Below, one piece after another: positions 38,304 to 50,968 of a stretch of 64,000 nucleotides of DNA. Origin of the DNA: Octopus sinensis (taxonomy: Eukaryota); assembly GCF_006345805.1 (NCBI RefSeq), contig NC_043007.1:74896001-74960000 (forward strand), given 5' to 3'. Positions within the stretch are counted from its first letter, which is position 1; every line of letters begins with the position of its first letter. The translations under genes were made by a program, and so were the position numbers. The notes under the pieces were generated by a model that did not search any database, was not told where the DNA came from, and saw nothing but the letters and a program-made list of their open reading frames with translations.

Positions 38304-39986
38304 ATGTTGTTTAATTATTTGTAACCCTGTACATATGTGTAGAATATAGTTAAACACAAATGTGATTTTTTTTTCTGGCAAGCATGAAGATGATGTTAAT
38401 TCCATAACTTTAATTTATAGAATTTTCTTTTTAAAAATTCAATTTTACATTTCTGCAAATAAATTCTAAAATTGGTGGTATTCAACGTGTATTTTATGTT
38501 TATTGAGTGGCTGTTTAGTTCAGTGGTTCTCAACCCACTAAATACCAGTTACCCCAACCCCACAAAAAATGTATTAGTGAATGTATTTTTTTTTATATCC
38601 CTACCCCCTATCATTATTAAAGAGAGGGTTCACATTCTGCCATGGTCGACTTTGCCTTTCATCCTTTCGGGATTAATAAATTGAGTACCAGATGCATACT
38701 GGGGTCAATCTAATCGACTGGCCCCTTCCCCAAAATTCTGGGCCTTGTGCCTAGAGTAGAAAAGATTATTAAAGAGAGGGCAGAACAGATTTTGCCTCTA
38801 TATAATTCTGCTTGCTTTGCTATGATATCAGACAATTTTTAAAAACTACCTCAAATATATTAGGCATCATGATTTGTCCATCTTACTTTCAATCTTCACT
38901 GACACCCCGCCCCTTGGCAGGATTCTAGGAAATGTTGGATTAGCTGACATTGTTTAATTTTATTAAGACATTCATTATAACATTATATACTGTTTCATTC
39001 ATTATAACATTATTATACAGTTTTCATCAGGAGAAAACAGTAACTTACTGCATTGCTGCATTGTTGGTTACCAACATCTGTTGGTAGGCAGATACAAGCT
39101 GAGAATCTGCCTACCAACTAATGTCATTTTAATTTTTATGCTTTTTTCAAAATCCTATGAAAATTAGAATCTCTTATGGATAGCTTCCTTTTCTCAGCAT
39201 ACTTTCAACAAACCATTTTAAAGGTCTTTCTGATTTAAAGTCTTAAGCAGAAGTTTTATTTGTTTTTTATAACACATAAGGTTACTTTAAAGAAATTTAA
39301 GGATGATTTGGGGTCCACAAAAGATAAATTCCTTTCTAAATATCTATTTGTAATGTTAACCAATTCTTTACCATTTCTTAGTGCTGTATATTTTGTGACT
39401 GCTCATCAATTCTCATTATCTTCATTGTTCCATTTAGTTTCTGAAGTCATCATTGCCTTAATTATTGTTTGGTTATGTCATTGTTTGCTTCTGTTTCAGC
39501 AATGCATGAGGTTTTTTGTTGTATGATTCTAACCCAATTCTCCATTGCATATTATTGTTAATTTCTCAGTATTTTTTAATGTCACATTGATAACTAATTA
39601 CAGCAATAAGAGCTAAATATTACTAATTAAGTGCTCGAAAATATTGAACTGAATCAATTTCACTTGACCAATTTTCTTAAATGTGTTACTATTTTCTTTG
39701 AATGTAGGATGTTAAAACTTAAGATAAATGTAATATTACTTTGAGCTTAAAAACAAACTCATTTCAAAAATAATTTTTTTAATTTCTGAAAAGACTGTTA
39801 AGATAAGAATTTATCAAATTGGAAAATGGACAACATTTGTTAAAAAACAAACTAATAACAAATAATAATAATCCTTTCTTTAATAGGCACAAGGCCTGAA
39901 GTTTGAGGGAGGGGATTAGTCAATTATTTTGATTGGTACTTATTTTACCAACCCCAAGAGGATGAAAGGCAAAGTTGACCTTGGAC

Positions 39987-40034
<48 letters not shown>

Positions 40035-40653
40035 GGATTTCAAATTTTGGCACAAGGCCAGTAATTTCAGGGGTGGTGGTAAGTCGATTATATTGTCTCC
40101 AGTGCACAACTGGTACTTATTTTGTTGACCCTGAAAAGCAAAGTCAACCTTGGCAGAATTTGAACTCAGAATGTTAATTCAGATGAAATTCCACTAAACA
40201 TTTTGCCTGGCATGCTAACAATTCTACCAGCTCACCACCTTAATGTTTTCTATTATAGGCTCTAGGCCTGAAAGTGGGTGAGAAAGGGCTAGTCAATTCT
40301 GTCGACCTCAGTGCTATACTGGTGCCTATTTCTTCAACTTCCAAAAGGATGAAAGGCAAAGTCAACCACGGCAGAATTTGGCTGCAGAATGGCCTACACT
40401 CTCAGAGTGGTTGGCATTAGGAAGGGCATCCAGCTGTAGAAACTTTGCCAAATCAAGATTGGAGCCTGGTTCAGCCATCTGGTTCGCCAGTCCTCCATCA
40501 AATCGTCCAACCCATGCTAGCATGGAAAGCAGACATTAAACGACAATGATGATGATGATGATGATGAATGTAAAAACAGACCAAATTCCACTAAGTGTTT
40601 CCTCTGGCATGCTAATTATTCTGCTACTTATTTCCTTAATAATAATAATAATA

Positions 40654-41362
40654 GCAAGCACTTAGAACAAACTACATAAAATACAGAATAGACAACACAT
40701 CAGAAAGTGATAAGTGCAGAATCTGTGGACAAAATGGTGAAACCATATGGCATATTACCAGCCAATGTATGCCACTAACCCAGAAGGAATATAAGAGATG
40801 CCACAACAATATAGCCAGCCTTGTCCATTGAACACTTTGCAACAAGTATGATCTTGACAGAGCAAAAAATTGGTACGACCATAAACCTGAAGGCATTGTT
40901 GAAAATAGAAATGCAAAGATCCTTTGGGATTTTATGATGCAGTGCAACCATGAGATAGAGAATAGGAAGTCAGACACAGTCTTAATTGAGAAAGAAAACA
41001 AACTATGCTGGATCATAGATATAGCATGCCCAGCTGACAACAAGGTATGCAATAAGGAAGAAAGAAAAGTCAAGAGATATGACAGGTTAGCTCAGGAAGT
41101 TAAGCAGTTGTGGTCGATGAAAAAGGAAGCAGTAGTACCAATAATTGCCAGAGCCCTGGAGACAGTGAGCAAAAATCTTGAGAAGTACGTGGAACAAATA
41201 AGGGCTGCAATAAGGGTGGAGCACTTGCAGAAAACCGCACTGCTTGGAACCACTTGAATACTCCAGAAGGTGCTCAAAAAATAAGAGGTGTCACTTTAGT
41301 TAACTGGTGGTGAACAGCTGACACTGTAGTACCTCTCCAGCGTTAGAAGCTGTGCAAAGGCG
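40654..41362 (+). mobile_element. 5'-truncated RLE-type LINE (R4/Dong-like) within (TAA)n
   Basis: CRICGQNGETIWHITSQC at 40715; ILWDF..RKSDTVLIEK..IIDIACPAD..K.KRY; two in-frame TGA; (TAA)n on both sides. Confidence 0.88.
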
Positions 41363-42091
41363 ATAATAATAATAATAATAATATTAATAATAATTGACAT
41401 CTCTAGTTGAAACTTGGATACAGTTTCCAAAGGCAAAACAAGAAGAAGAAGTGATGATAATGACAAAAATACAATAAAAGAAGTATCCTATTTGCCTGTG
41501 TATAAATTTTCCTAGTTTATATTTGATCTTTACAAAAGAAAAGTGGGCTGCATCTTATACATAGGGTGAAAGCTAAAACTGTTTTGAAAACAAAGGGGAA
41601 AAACTTTTTGCATCAAGTTTTAATAACTAAATTAGGAGTACAACTTATACACAAGTAAATATATTAACTCACAGCAAAAATTAATCTAAGGTGGATTAAA
41701 ATTAATTGTAGCAAGAAAGGAAAAAAAAATAATCAAGACTGACAGGGTTAAAGTATTGGACCGCTGACCACTTGATTGTAATTAGAATGTTGATATAGTC
41801 TCAGTGTTGTTGTTGTTGTTATAGATGTTGTTGATGGTGTTGATGTTGCTGCTTAGACTTACTGTAACCCTGATTAAACAAACATGATCAAAAACATTCC
41901 AACTGTGACCATCACATCTTTTATTCTGGACCATGCTAGTCAATGTGTCCTGTTCTTTTTAAGGAAGTAGGGAATGATTTAAGAGATATTTAGCTTCTAT
42001 TACCGACAAATCAAGCAACTGCATGGCGGTTCACTCTCTTATTGAACTATGTTCCTCAGCTCTGATTGACAGAAGTTCATCATATGTGTGT

Positions 42092-42132
<41 letters not shown>

Positions 42133-42599
42133 CATACACACACACATTTATGTCTGTATGTGTGTATGTATATATGTGTGTTTGTGTCTTCTTATCTTGA
42201 CATTGTGCAATAGTTGTAAATGAATGTCACTGTCATACAAGCAGTGTCTTCATGCCTAATCTTCTGTGGAAACAGGTTTAGTCATGAGGAAATGATATCT
42301 TGCTTGGAAAGAGGCGAGAGCTGGCAACAGGAAGGCCATTTACCTGTAGAAAATCTGCCTTATAAATTCTGTCTGACCTATGCAGGCCTGGAAAAGTAAA
42401 TGTTAAAGTTATGATGTACTCTATAAAGTCTCAAAGAAAATTCCCCTTCAACTGCCACTGTAATAAAATTATACTAATGACTAGGTTGTAGATGTGTCAT
42501 AATACTTAACTCTTTAACTAGTTTCAGTTTGAGAGTTGTGGCCATGTTGGGGTACCACTTTTAGCTTTGCTATACCTTCACTACTTGAAACCTCCTCTA

Positions 42600-43020
42600 A
42601 TATGTGGAATTTGGTGAATGAGGGAGTTTGATGCTGTTGCCCTCATCTGTTTTTCCTGCTGTGAGGTAGGCTCATCTGGAACCCTTGATAGGAAGAGATC
42701 CAGTTTTGTTTTGAAAACACCTGCATCTATGCCATGCAGGTCTCACAGGATTTTTGAGAGGATATTGAAGAGTTGTAGGTCCTTGAAACCCAAGCTGTTG
42801 CAGTATCTGGTCCTGTATTCTGATGGCAATGTAGGGATTTTTGACACTATGCAGTGATACCCCGAAGAGAACACCTCAACACATCGTCATTGCCATCTTC
42901 ACTCTCTTTTCCAACAGGGGTAGAATGTATCTCTCTTGCAGTGAGACACCTGTTCCTTCATCTCTATCATACTTTAATTTCTCATCACCAGGTATAAAGC
43001 CCCCCTCCCTCTATACTACT
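42600..43020 (-). mobile_element. CR1/L2-group LINE 3' remnant
   Basis: NSLGFKDLQLFNILSK..FKTKLDLFLSRVPDEP...SNSLIHQ on the minus strand. Confidence 0.75.
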
Positions 43021-43648
43021 CCTCATCTCATTTGAGAGATTTTGTCTTGCAAGTTATTTGGAAACCTCATTGGTGTTGGTGTCATGTAGACAAAAATGCC
43101 CAGTCCACTCTGTAAAGTGGTTGGAACTGGGAAGGGCATCCAAATGCAGAAACCATGCCAAAGCAGATATTTGAGCTTGGAGCCATCCTCTAACTCATTG
43201 GCTCCTGTCAAACCATCTTGTCTATGCCAGAATGGAAAACAGACATTCAATGATGATGATGATGATGATAAAGCTAATTTTGTGCAGTGATTTATTATGC
43301 ATGTTTTCTTCAACAAACCCATCCAGCATCTGTTGTTTTTTAGATATTTACATGTTAAATACTTATGAAAATTACCAAAAACAGCAAGACCTTATATAAT
43401 GAAATTACATTGAACCTTGATTCGTTATCAGTCTATTTAGTGATAACACAATATTCTCATATTTTTATCCAAAGACAAATTACTTTGAAAATGTTTTGTA
43501 CCAAGTTTGAATATTTTATTTTCCATAGAAGATCCAAACCCTTTTACACTCAATGCCTTCTATAGCAGCTCTTGATATTTGCCATCTTCTTGTCAGCACA
43601 GAACATGCTCAGATGGGTACTCTTGGCCAAGTTAAGCACTGCCTCAAG

Positions 43649-43815
43649 TAGTAGTGTAGCTAGAGTGTGTGCTGCCCAGGTAGCCCTTCAGTTTGCTGCC
43701 CCTCAGCCCCCACAAAAAATACATATTGCCTACAGCAGACCCAAAAGAGTGCCACCCCCAGAAAAGTACCACCCGGAGTGGACCGCCCCCTCCACCCCAT
43801 CTAGCTATGCTAGTG
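43649..43815. mobile_element. hAT-like MITE (167 bp)
   Basis: 15-nt imperfect TIRs tagtagtgtagctag / ctagctatgctagtg; 8-bp flanks gcctcaag / gtctcaag (7/8). Confidence 0.75.
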
Positions 43816-44304
43816 GTCTCAAGTCCTAGGACTCATTGGGTCAGTTACTCAGTTTTCCTGGTGTATAAATGACTGAGATCACAATATTTCCCCCTGGATA
43901 GGGTGCCAATTCATCGCAGAGTTACTCTCTTATGGCTGAGTGGACAGAAGCAGCATAAAGTGAAGTGTTTTGCTCAAGAACACAACACCAACTAGTCTAT
44001 GAACCAAAACCATGATTTTGCAATCATGCATGCAACACTGTAACCACCAGACCCTGCACCCTTATCACTAGGTCATGCACTGTCACTCCAGGTAAAGAAT
44101 CATTGCTTTAAAGTACTCAATACTATCATGAAATAAAATGAAGGTGAATATAACAATTACATGTGTTTTAAATGGTTATCACGATTCTTCTACAATGTTA
44201 TGGTTAGTATGTTTGAAGAAATTGTTGAGCCAGTTCTAATAAAACTGAAACTTCAAAGTTCTATTTCTTATAATGGAATGTTCTTTTTATTTTGATTTTC
44301 ATAG

Positions 44305-45082
44305 CACTTCATCATGACTATGCTGGTGACGAATCTCTGTCTGATGCTGATCAAAGAAGAACATCCTTTTTGAGGAACAAAAATGCCCACCATTCTTTAG
44401 ATGAACCAACTCTGCATGATTCTAGTCTTCCCGGCATGAAGACTGCAGCGAGTGAATCTCATTTGGTCGACGGTTATTTAGGAATTGATAATGAGAGAAA
44501 GAAATCTACTTCCAAACTTTCTCTTTTGGCTGAAAAACTCAGTGATCCAAAGGCCAGCAAAGCAGCTAAAAATTCCAAGTCACCATTTGCAACACTGTTT
44601 CGAAGATCAAAATCCAGGGAACCTTCTCCAACTCCTCGAGATGTGAAATCTAAAACACTCGATTCATTGAAACCTGGCAAACTTGGCAGGTCTCAACGCT
44701 CCAACAGATCTATAGCTGGTTCTCAGAATATGCATAAGGGTGATGTGGAAGGTGGCAGCCCTGCAATTAATATCGAAGGTCCTGATGGATTGATTCCATA
44801 TGAGTTTCAGGATGTCAAAGATATACACCATGGATTCAGCAATGTCTCTATGGGTTCCGACTATGAAATGTCCGAGGCTGAAATTGCTGAAATGAATGCC
44901 TTGACTGAAACAATGCATGAATATTACTATTCTGTACGCATCTTCCCTGGGCAGGACCCCAATCAGCTATATGTTGGTTGGGTCACCCCTGGCTTTCACA
45001 TGGGAGGCAGGTCCTTCGATATGAAGAAGATCAGGAATGTCATCATCTCAACCCAAGATGTAGAATATAAATACAGACAAAG
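44305..45082 (+). CDS. RyR: RyR large exon (778 nt): Ser/Lys/Arg-rich linker then SPRY3 (YYYSVRIFPGQDP...VGWVT)
   Basis: ttttcatag acceptor, ag|gtaatc donor, phase 1 to 2; matches ORF 44292-45086. Confidence 0.95.
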
Positions 45083-45312
45083 GTAATCCTTATATTTTTA
45101 CTTTTATTACTAGTGTTGCTATTATTTATACCATAAGTAGTATACAAGGTACTGATACATATTTTATAATTTATGAAGTATCTGGTACTAAACAACAAAA
45201 TATTTGAATATTTTTTAAATGCAAAATATTTTTATCAATAATTATATAATGTATTACAGAGATGTACTTGCATAGCAAGTGACATGATCTGAGATCGTGT
45301 GCTGGAACGAAA

Positions 45313-45580
45313 ACAATTGCAGCATGGAAGGTGTTTATAAGAAACACACAAAAACCGTTAGATTCACTTCAACATTTAAATTTAATTTGTCAAAATATTT
45401 TCGTCACTTTCAGACTGCGACCTGTTCACAGACAAAACTCCGTGCTGCATCTGTCAGTGAACAGTTCGCAGTCTCCAAATGACGAAAATATTTTGACAAA
45501 TTAAATTTAAATGTTGAAGTGAATCTAACGGTTTTTGTGTTTCTTAAATGGCTTATAAACACCTTCCACGCTGCAATTGT
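45313..45580. repeat. Long palindromic fold-back element (arms about 125 nt)
   Basis: acaattgcagc...ctgttcac pairs with gtgaacag...gctgcaattgt; short loop. Confidence 0.92.
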
Positions 45581-46252
45581 TATATAATGTATATTATTTG
45601 ATTTTAAAAATATCATTCATCAGATATTCAGCGTATTATTTAAATTACTTTAATTACACTAATATCTGACCATTGGTGGTGATTATCTCTTTTAAGACCT
45701 AAATAACTACTTCATTCATCATAACATTAGAATTAGGAAAATAAATATATTTATGAATTTGTTTTGAAAGATTCCTGATGTGAAACCATGTGTTGAAACA
45801 TATGTTGTTATATCTCAGGATGGTCATTTTTTTTTCACCTTGCCAAATATTTGGCAAGAAAAAATTAAGGAAAATGACCATTCTGAAATATAAATACTTT
45901 TATGTCCCACCCACACAAGCATGGGAAAACAGATGTGAAGATGACTGTAATAAAGATGATTATGTTAGTAATGATGGTGGTGGTTGTTGTTGTTGTTGTT
46001 ATGCAACAAGATGGGTAAGGGTGATTAGGTGATGGTCTAGGGCTTAGGGGTGGGAGACCCCAGACCTTGGAAAAAAAAAACTTTGGTCATCTTGTTGTAG
46101 TCGAGGGCTCTTCGTTGACGCCCAACACCACTGGGAGGTAGCCCTCGAGGTCGCTGGAAATGGAGATCTCCAGGTCCAAATTCTTGAATGGCTGGTGGTG
46201 GTAGTGATGGTGGTTGTGATGATGGTTAATGATTTATGTTCTTTCATTTCAG

Positions 46253-46433
46253 TGTAAGCCGCAAAAATTGCTATATGGTATGTGCAGGTGTATTACAACA
46301 GCGTTACGGTGGAACTCATGAAGAATCAAGCAAAAAATCCTCACCAGGTCTTGTTATTGGCTGCTACATTGATACAGCCACAGGAATATTAAGTTTTAGT
46401 GTTAATGGAAAGGAGGTGGCAAATAAATACCAG
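46253..46433 (+). CDS. RyR: RyR exon (SPRY3): RKNCYMVCAG...GCYIDTATGILSFSVNGKEV
   Basis: catttcag acceptor, cag|gtaatc donor, phase 2 to 0. Confidence 0.95.
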
Positions 46434-47182
46434 GTAATCATTCAATTTTTTTTTGTGTGTTTGCTTTTCTTAGAAGTTTTCATTTTGTTGCAATATATTT
46501 TTATTACATTAATCTGTTGGAGCAGATTGTTGTAACCTATTTCCCTCTCTAATGCCATTCTTTAAAATATGGTAAAAAATCTAGAATTCAATGAAATTAG
46601 TGCTGGTCTATATTGGTAAATACTGGTTTTACATTTTGGCACAAGGCCAGCAATTTCTGGTGGTGAGGATAAGTCGATTACATAGACTTCAGTGCTCAGC
46701 TGGTATTTATTTTATTGACCCTGAAAGGATGAAATACAAAGTGAACCACAGCAGCATTTGAACTCAGAGCCTAAAGTTGAAAGAAATGCCACTAAGTATT
46801 TTGTCTGATATGCTAACAATTCTGCCAGCTCACCAGCTTATATATTGGTAAATATTAATACTTAAGAGAGTTCTCTGATGGAAAAATTACTATCTCTAGC
46901 TTTCAAGCATCTACCATTGACAAAGCCAAGGAAGGTCGAAATCACATGATCTGGTAGCCCTGGTGGCTATGGCAGATGATTATCTCCCTCTAGCAATATA
47001 AACACAAGTGATTTTATGCACCACAAGTCCATATGAGAGATTCTCTCATGGTAACTATCAGAGTATTCCGTGTTCTAACACAACATCCACTTTTACTTAG
47101 GGATAAATATTACCTTCTTTATATTTAGCATATGATATTAGAATTACTACATAATATTAAATTTATTATATCTTTATTTCAG

Positions 47183-47269
47183 GTTGAACCTGGAACCAAA
47201 CTTTTTCCAGCTGTAATTTTTGAACCAACAATCAAAGAAATGTTCCAGTTTGAATTGGGACGGACAAAA
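47183..47269 (+). CDS. RyR: RyR exon (SPRY3 end): VEPGTKLFPAVIFEPTIKEMFQFELGRTK
   Basis: tttcag acceptor, gtaaga donor, phase 0 to 0. Confidence 0.95.
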
Positions 47270-47514
47270 GTAAGAAGTTTTAACATGCATTTATTTTATT
47301 TAAATTTTTACCTTTTACTTGCTTCCGCCCATAAGCTCTGGCCATGCTGGGGCACTGCCATTGATATTTATCATGTTCATTTATGTCTTGAAAAGTTATT
47401 TCCTTTCTTTGAGTATCTTTAATAATTGGTGCTAGATTTTTGTTTCCTTCCCTCAATTTCTTGATGAGGTCAAATTTACATTTTATTATTCTGAGGTTGA
47501 TGAAATAACTGGCA

Positions 47515-47830
47515 CTCTGTTGGTTATGACGACAAGGTTTCCAGTTTATACAATTAATGGAACAGCCTGCTCTTGAAATTAATGTGGAGGTGGCTGACCA
47601 CTCCACAGTGTAAAATTAATATAGTTCTCAGGGAGATTCAGCATAACACAGAATGTGATAAGACTAGACCTTTGAATTACAGGGACAACTTATTTTTCCC
47701 AGTTGAGTGCACTAGAGTAATATGAAATAAAGTGTCTTGCTCAAGGACATAATGCACCACTGAGAATTGAACTCACAACCTTACGATCATGAGCCAAATG
47801 CCCTAATCAGTAAACCAAGTGCCTTCACAT
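47515..47830 (-). mobile_element. tRNA-headed SINE (662-984 family)
   Basis: Reverse complement of the 662-984 body. Confidence 0.7.
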
Positions 47831-47879
47831 GATTGATGGAAGAAAGAAACTGTAAAGTACAGTTTAATAATCCTACTTT

Positions 47880-48195
47880 TTTTATGCACCCTTTTCAAGC
47901 CTAGTCAGACTCATGGGCCCAGTTTCCCGGTTTCTGTAGTGTATGTGTTCCCCCAGCTGGACAGGACACCATTCCATCGCAGCATTACTCAAAAAACAGG
48001 AAGAGAAAGTGAGAGAAAGTTGGGGCGAAAGAATACAACAGGGGTCGTTACCACCCCCTGCCGGAACCTCGTGGAACACCTTGCTTTTAGGTGTTTTTGC
48101 TCAATAAACAAACACAACACCCAGCCTGGGAATCAAAACCGCGATCCTCTGACCACAAGTCCACTGTCCTAACCACTGGGCCATCGCAACTCCAC
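47880..48195 (-). mobile_element. tRNA-headed SINE
   Basis: Reverse complement of 53450-53755. Confidence 0.8.
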
Positions 48196-49156
48196 AATAA
48201 TCCTATTATGCATCTTAAATCCAAATGGAAATACTATACAAGTATTGAAATATATTTGGTCAAGGGTCTTACTATTTCTGCCTGTCTATCACCTTAATAC
48301 AAATTATATGTTGAAAGTGTTGCAAATGAAGGACTTAGTATTATATGCATAAATAGATGCAGGCATGGCTATGGTTAAAAGTTTGCTTGCCATCCAGTTG
48401 GTGTCAGGTTCAATCCCACTGTGTAACACCTTAGGTAATTGTCTTCTACTATAGCCTCAAGCCTTGTGAGTGAATTTGGTAGGTGGAATCTAAAAGTCTG
48501 TCATGTGTATACGTGTGTGTGAAAGTGTTCATATCTCCTTGTCTGTGGTTCAGATAAAGCAGGTAACAGATATAAGAGAGTCAAGATTTATATAACTGTG
48601 CAACTAAGATTTAGAAGTTCACTTTGCAACCATGTGGTTTTTGGTTCAGTCCCATTGCACAGCACCTTGGGTAAATGTCCTCTACAATATCCCCAGGTCA
48701 ACTAATGCCTTGTGAATAAACTTGTTAGAAGGAAACTGTGTGGAATCCCATCATATGTGTGTGCATGTGTTCTTATGTCTGTACTTGTCTCAGCCACTAC
48801 AACTTGTTTACATGCCTGTGACTTAACAGTATGGCAAATGTGACCAACAGAATACACACCAAATTAAAAAAAAAGTACCGGCATTGATTTGTTCAACTAA
48901 ATACCTGCCAAGGCAGAGCCCCAACATGGCCACAGTACAATGTCTGAAAGAAAAAGGTAAAAGAGTCATAAATTTAATTTGTCAAATTTATAGTTTCCTT
49001 TAATGTAGTCTAAAAGAAATGGATGAAGGACTTTGGATCTGAGTTGAAGTTAAATACAAGCAAGAAATAAATAGCCCTGCCAAAAATAAAAGCAAATGTT
49101 TAAAAATAATAGCAAATAGTGGATTTTATTGAATGTATATAATTTTTCTATTTCAG

Positions 49157-49343
49157 AATACTTTGCCCTTATCTGCTGCCCTGTTCCGTGGCCCTAAATC
49201 TATCCAACCTGCCTGTCCACCACGCTTAGATTTACAAGTAATAAAACCTTCACATTGGGCAAGAGTCCCAAATACATCCCTCAAATCACACTCAATAAAG
49301 ATGTCAGAAGTACGAGGCTGGAGTTTGGTATGTGATGAACCAG
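49157..49343 (+). CDS. RyR: RyR exon: NTLPLSAALF...CPPRL...WARVPN...GWSLVCDEP
   Basis: tttcag acceptor, g|gtcagt donor, phase 0 to 1. Confidence 0.95.
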
Positions 49344-49553
49344 GTCAGTTAATTATATGTATTTATTATTCTGATTATTATTATTATTGTCATTTCATCT
49401 GTCCTAACGTTCTGAGTTCAAATTCCACCAAGGTGGACTTTGCCTTTCATCTTTTCGTTGTTTATAAATTAAGTACAAGTGAAACACTGGGTTGATGTAA
49501 TCAACTAATCCCCTCCCCCAAAATTTCAGGCCTTGTGCCTTTAGTCAAAAGGC

Positions 49554-49605
<52 letters not shown>

Positions 49606-50118
49606 CATTATTATCATCATTATCATTATTATTGAATAAGGTGGTGAGCTGGCATAATCGTTACCATGCCAGGCAAAATGCCTAGTGACATTTTGTCCAT
49701 CTCTATGTGCTAAGTTCAAATTCCACCAAGGTCGACTTTGCATTTAGTTCTTTCAGGGTCAATAAAATAAGTACCAGTTGAACACTGGGATCGATGTAAT
49801 TGGCTTGCCTCCTCCTCCAAGCCTGCTGGCCTTGTGCCAAAATTTGAAACCATTATTACTATTATTGAATGAGTGAGCAGCGCTTGCTATCAAAGTGATA
49901 CTGGGGTATAAGTATATGAATATATATATATTAAACATCTTGACTACCCATCTGATAAGGATATAGTAGGCACATGCATCACAACCATATATGCATAACA
50001 TGGTGACCTCATATCAAGAGAAAAAAAAGCATGACCTTGCTGATGGGGCCCAGTTAGAATTCTCTTCAAGCTGAGTAGCCCATCCTGCTCAAAAGGTCCC
50101 TGAATAAAGCTTGTTTAA

Positions 50119-50339
50119 CCCTTTAGCATTTAAACCGGCCATATCCGGCCAAAAGTATTCTGCCTGTTTTATGGTGAAACTGACCAGATCTGACATCTCA
50201 CACCGACCCTACTATGTCGTTTTAAAAATTAACAGCTTCCTCATCAAAATCTCATAGCTACAAAATAATGAATGATTAGTTCAAAACAATGTGGATGAAA
50301 AAGCATTAATTTTGGTAGAATAATGTGAACACTAAAGGG
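50119..50339. mobile_element. piggyBac-like MITE (221 bp), intact ends, nested in an older retroposon
   Basis: TTAA|CCCTTTAG...CTAAAGGG|TTAA. Confidence 0.8.
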
Positions 50340-50886
50340 TTAAGGATGATGAGCGAAAGACCCATTTTTCCAGAGGTGAATTATTCAAACCCCAAATAAT
50401 CCCTCTCAACACACAGCTATGATGCTGCTTCACTACTCCTGCTAGTGATCAGAGGTGCACATATTGTAAACTACTAAGTGACATGTTCAACTGGTTATGG
50501 TCAAGTGACTGACAAAGCAAATCTGCAGTATCGGGCAGAATATTTGCTGTAACCCATTTTTTTACACCAAGACAAAAGTTGTATTATTTATTGGGCATGC
50601 TCTGCCCTCATGACAATTCTAAATTAATAAACAAAAATTATTATTGTTGTTGTTGTTGAAATATTTCATATTACAACACTTTGGTTAAAAATTAAATAAA
50701 AATTTAATTCGAAGTTATAAACCTATAATTAATAGAAAAAGTCAGGAAAATTAACAACAATAATTTTGAAAGTAATTTTTGTTCTCAACTTTTTAATAGT
50801 TTTTACTATTCCTTTTTTAAAATTTAACATGAAAAACTCATCGCTATTTAATGACTAATTGAGATAATTACAATTTATTGTTTCAG

Positions 50887-50968
50887 TTTCTATGATGGCT
50901 GTCTACATACCAGAAGAAGATAGTTGTCTTGATGTGCTAGAGCTTATAGAACATCCATTATTACTGAA
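50887..50968 (+). CDS. RyR: RyR exon: SMMAVYIPEEDSCLDVLELIEHPLLL
   Basis: tttcag acceptor, gtaatt donor, phase 1 to 2. Confidence 0.93.
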
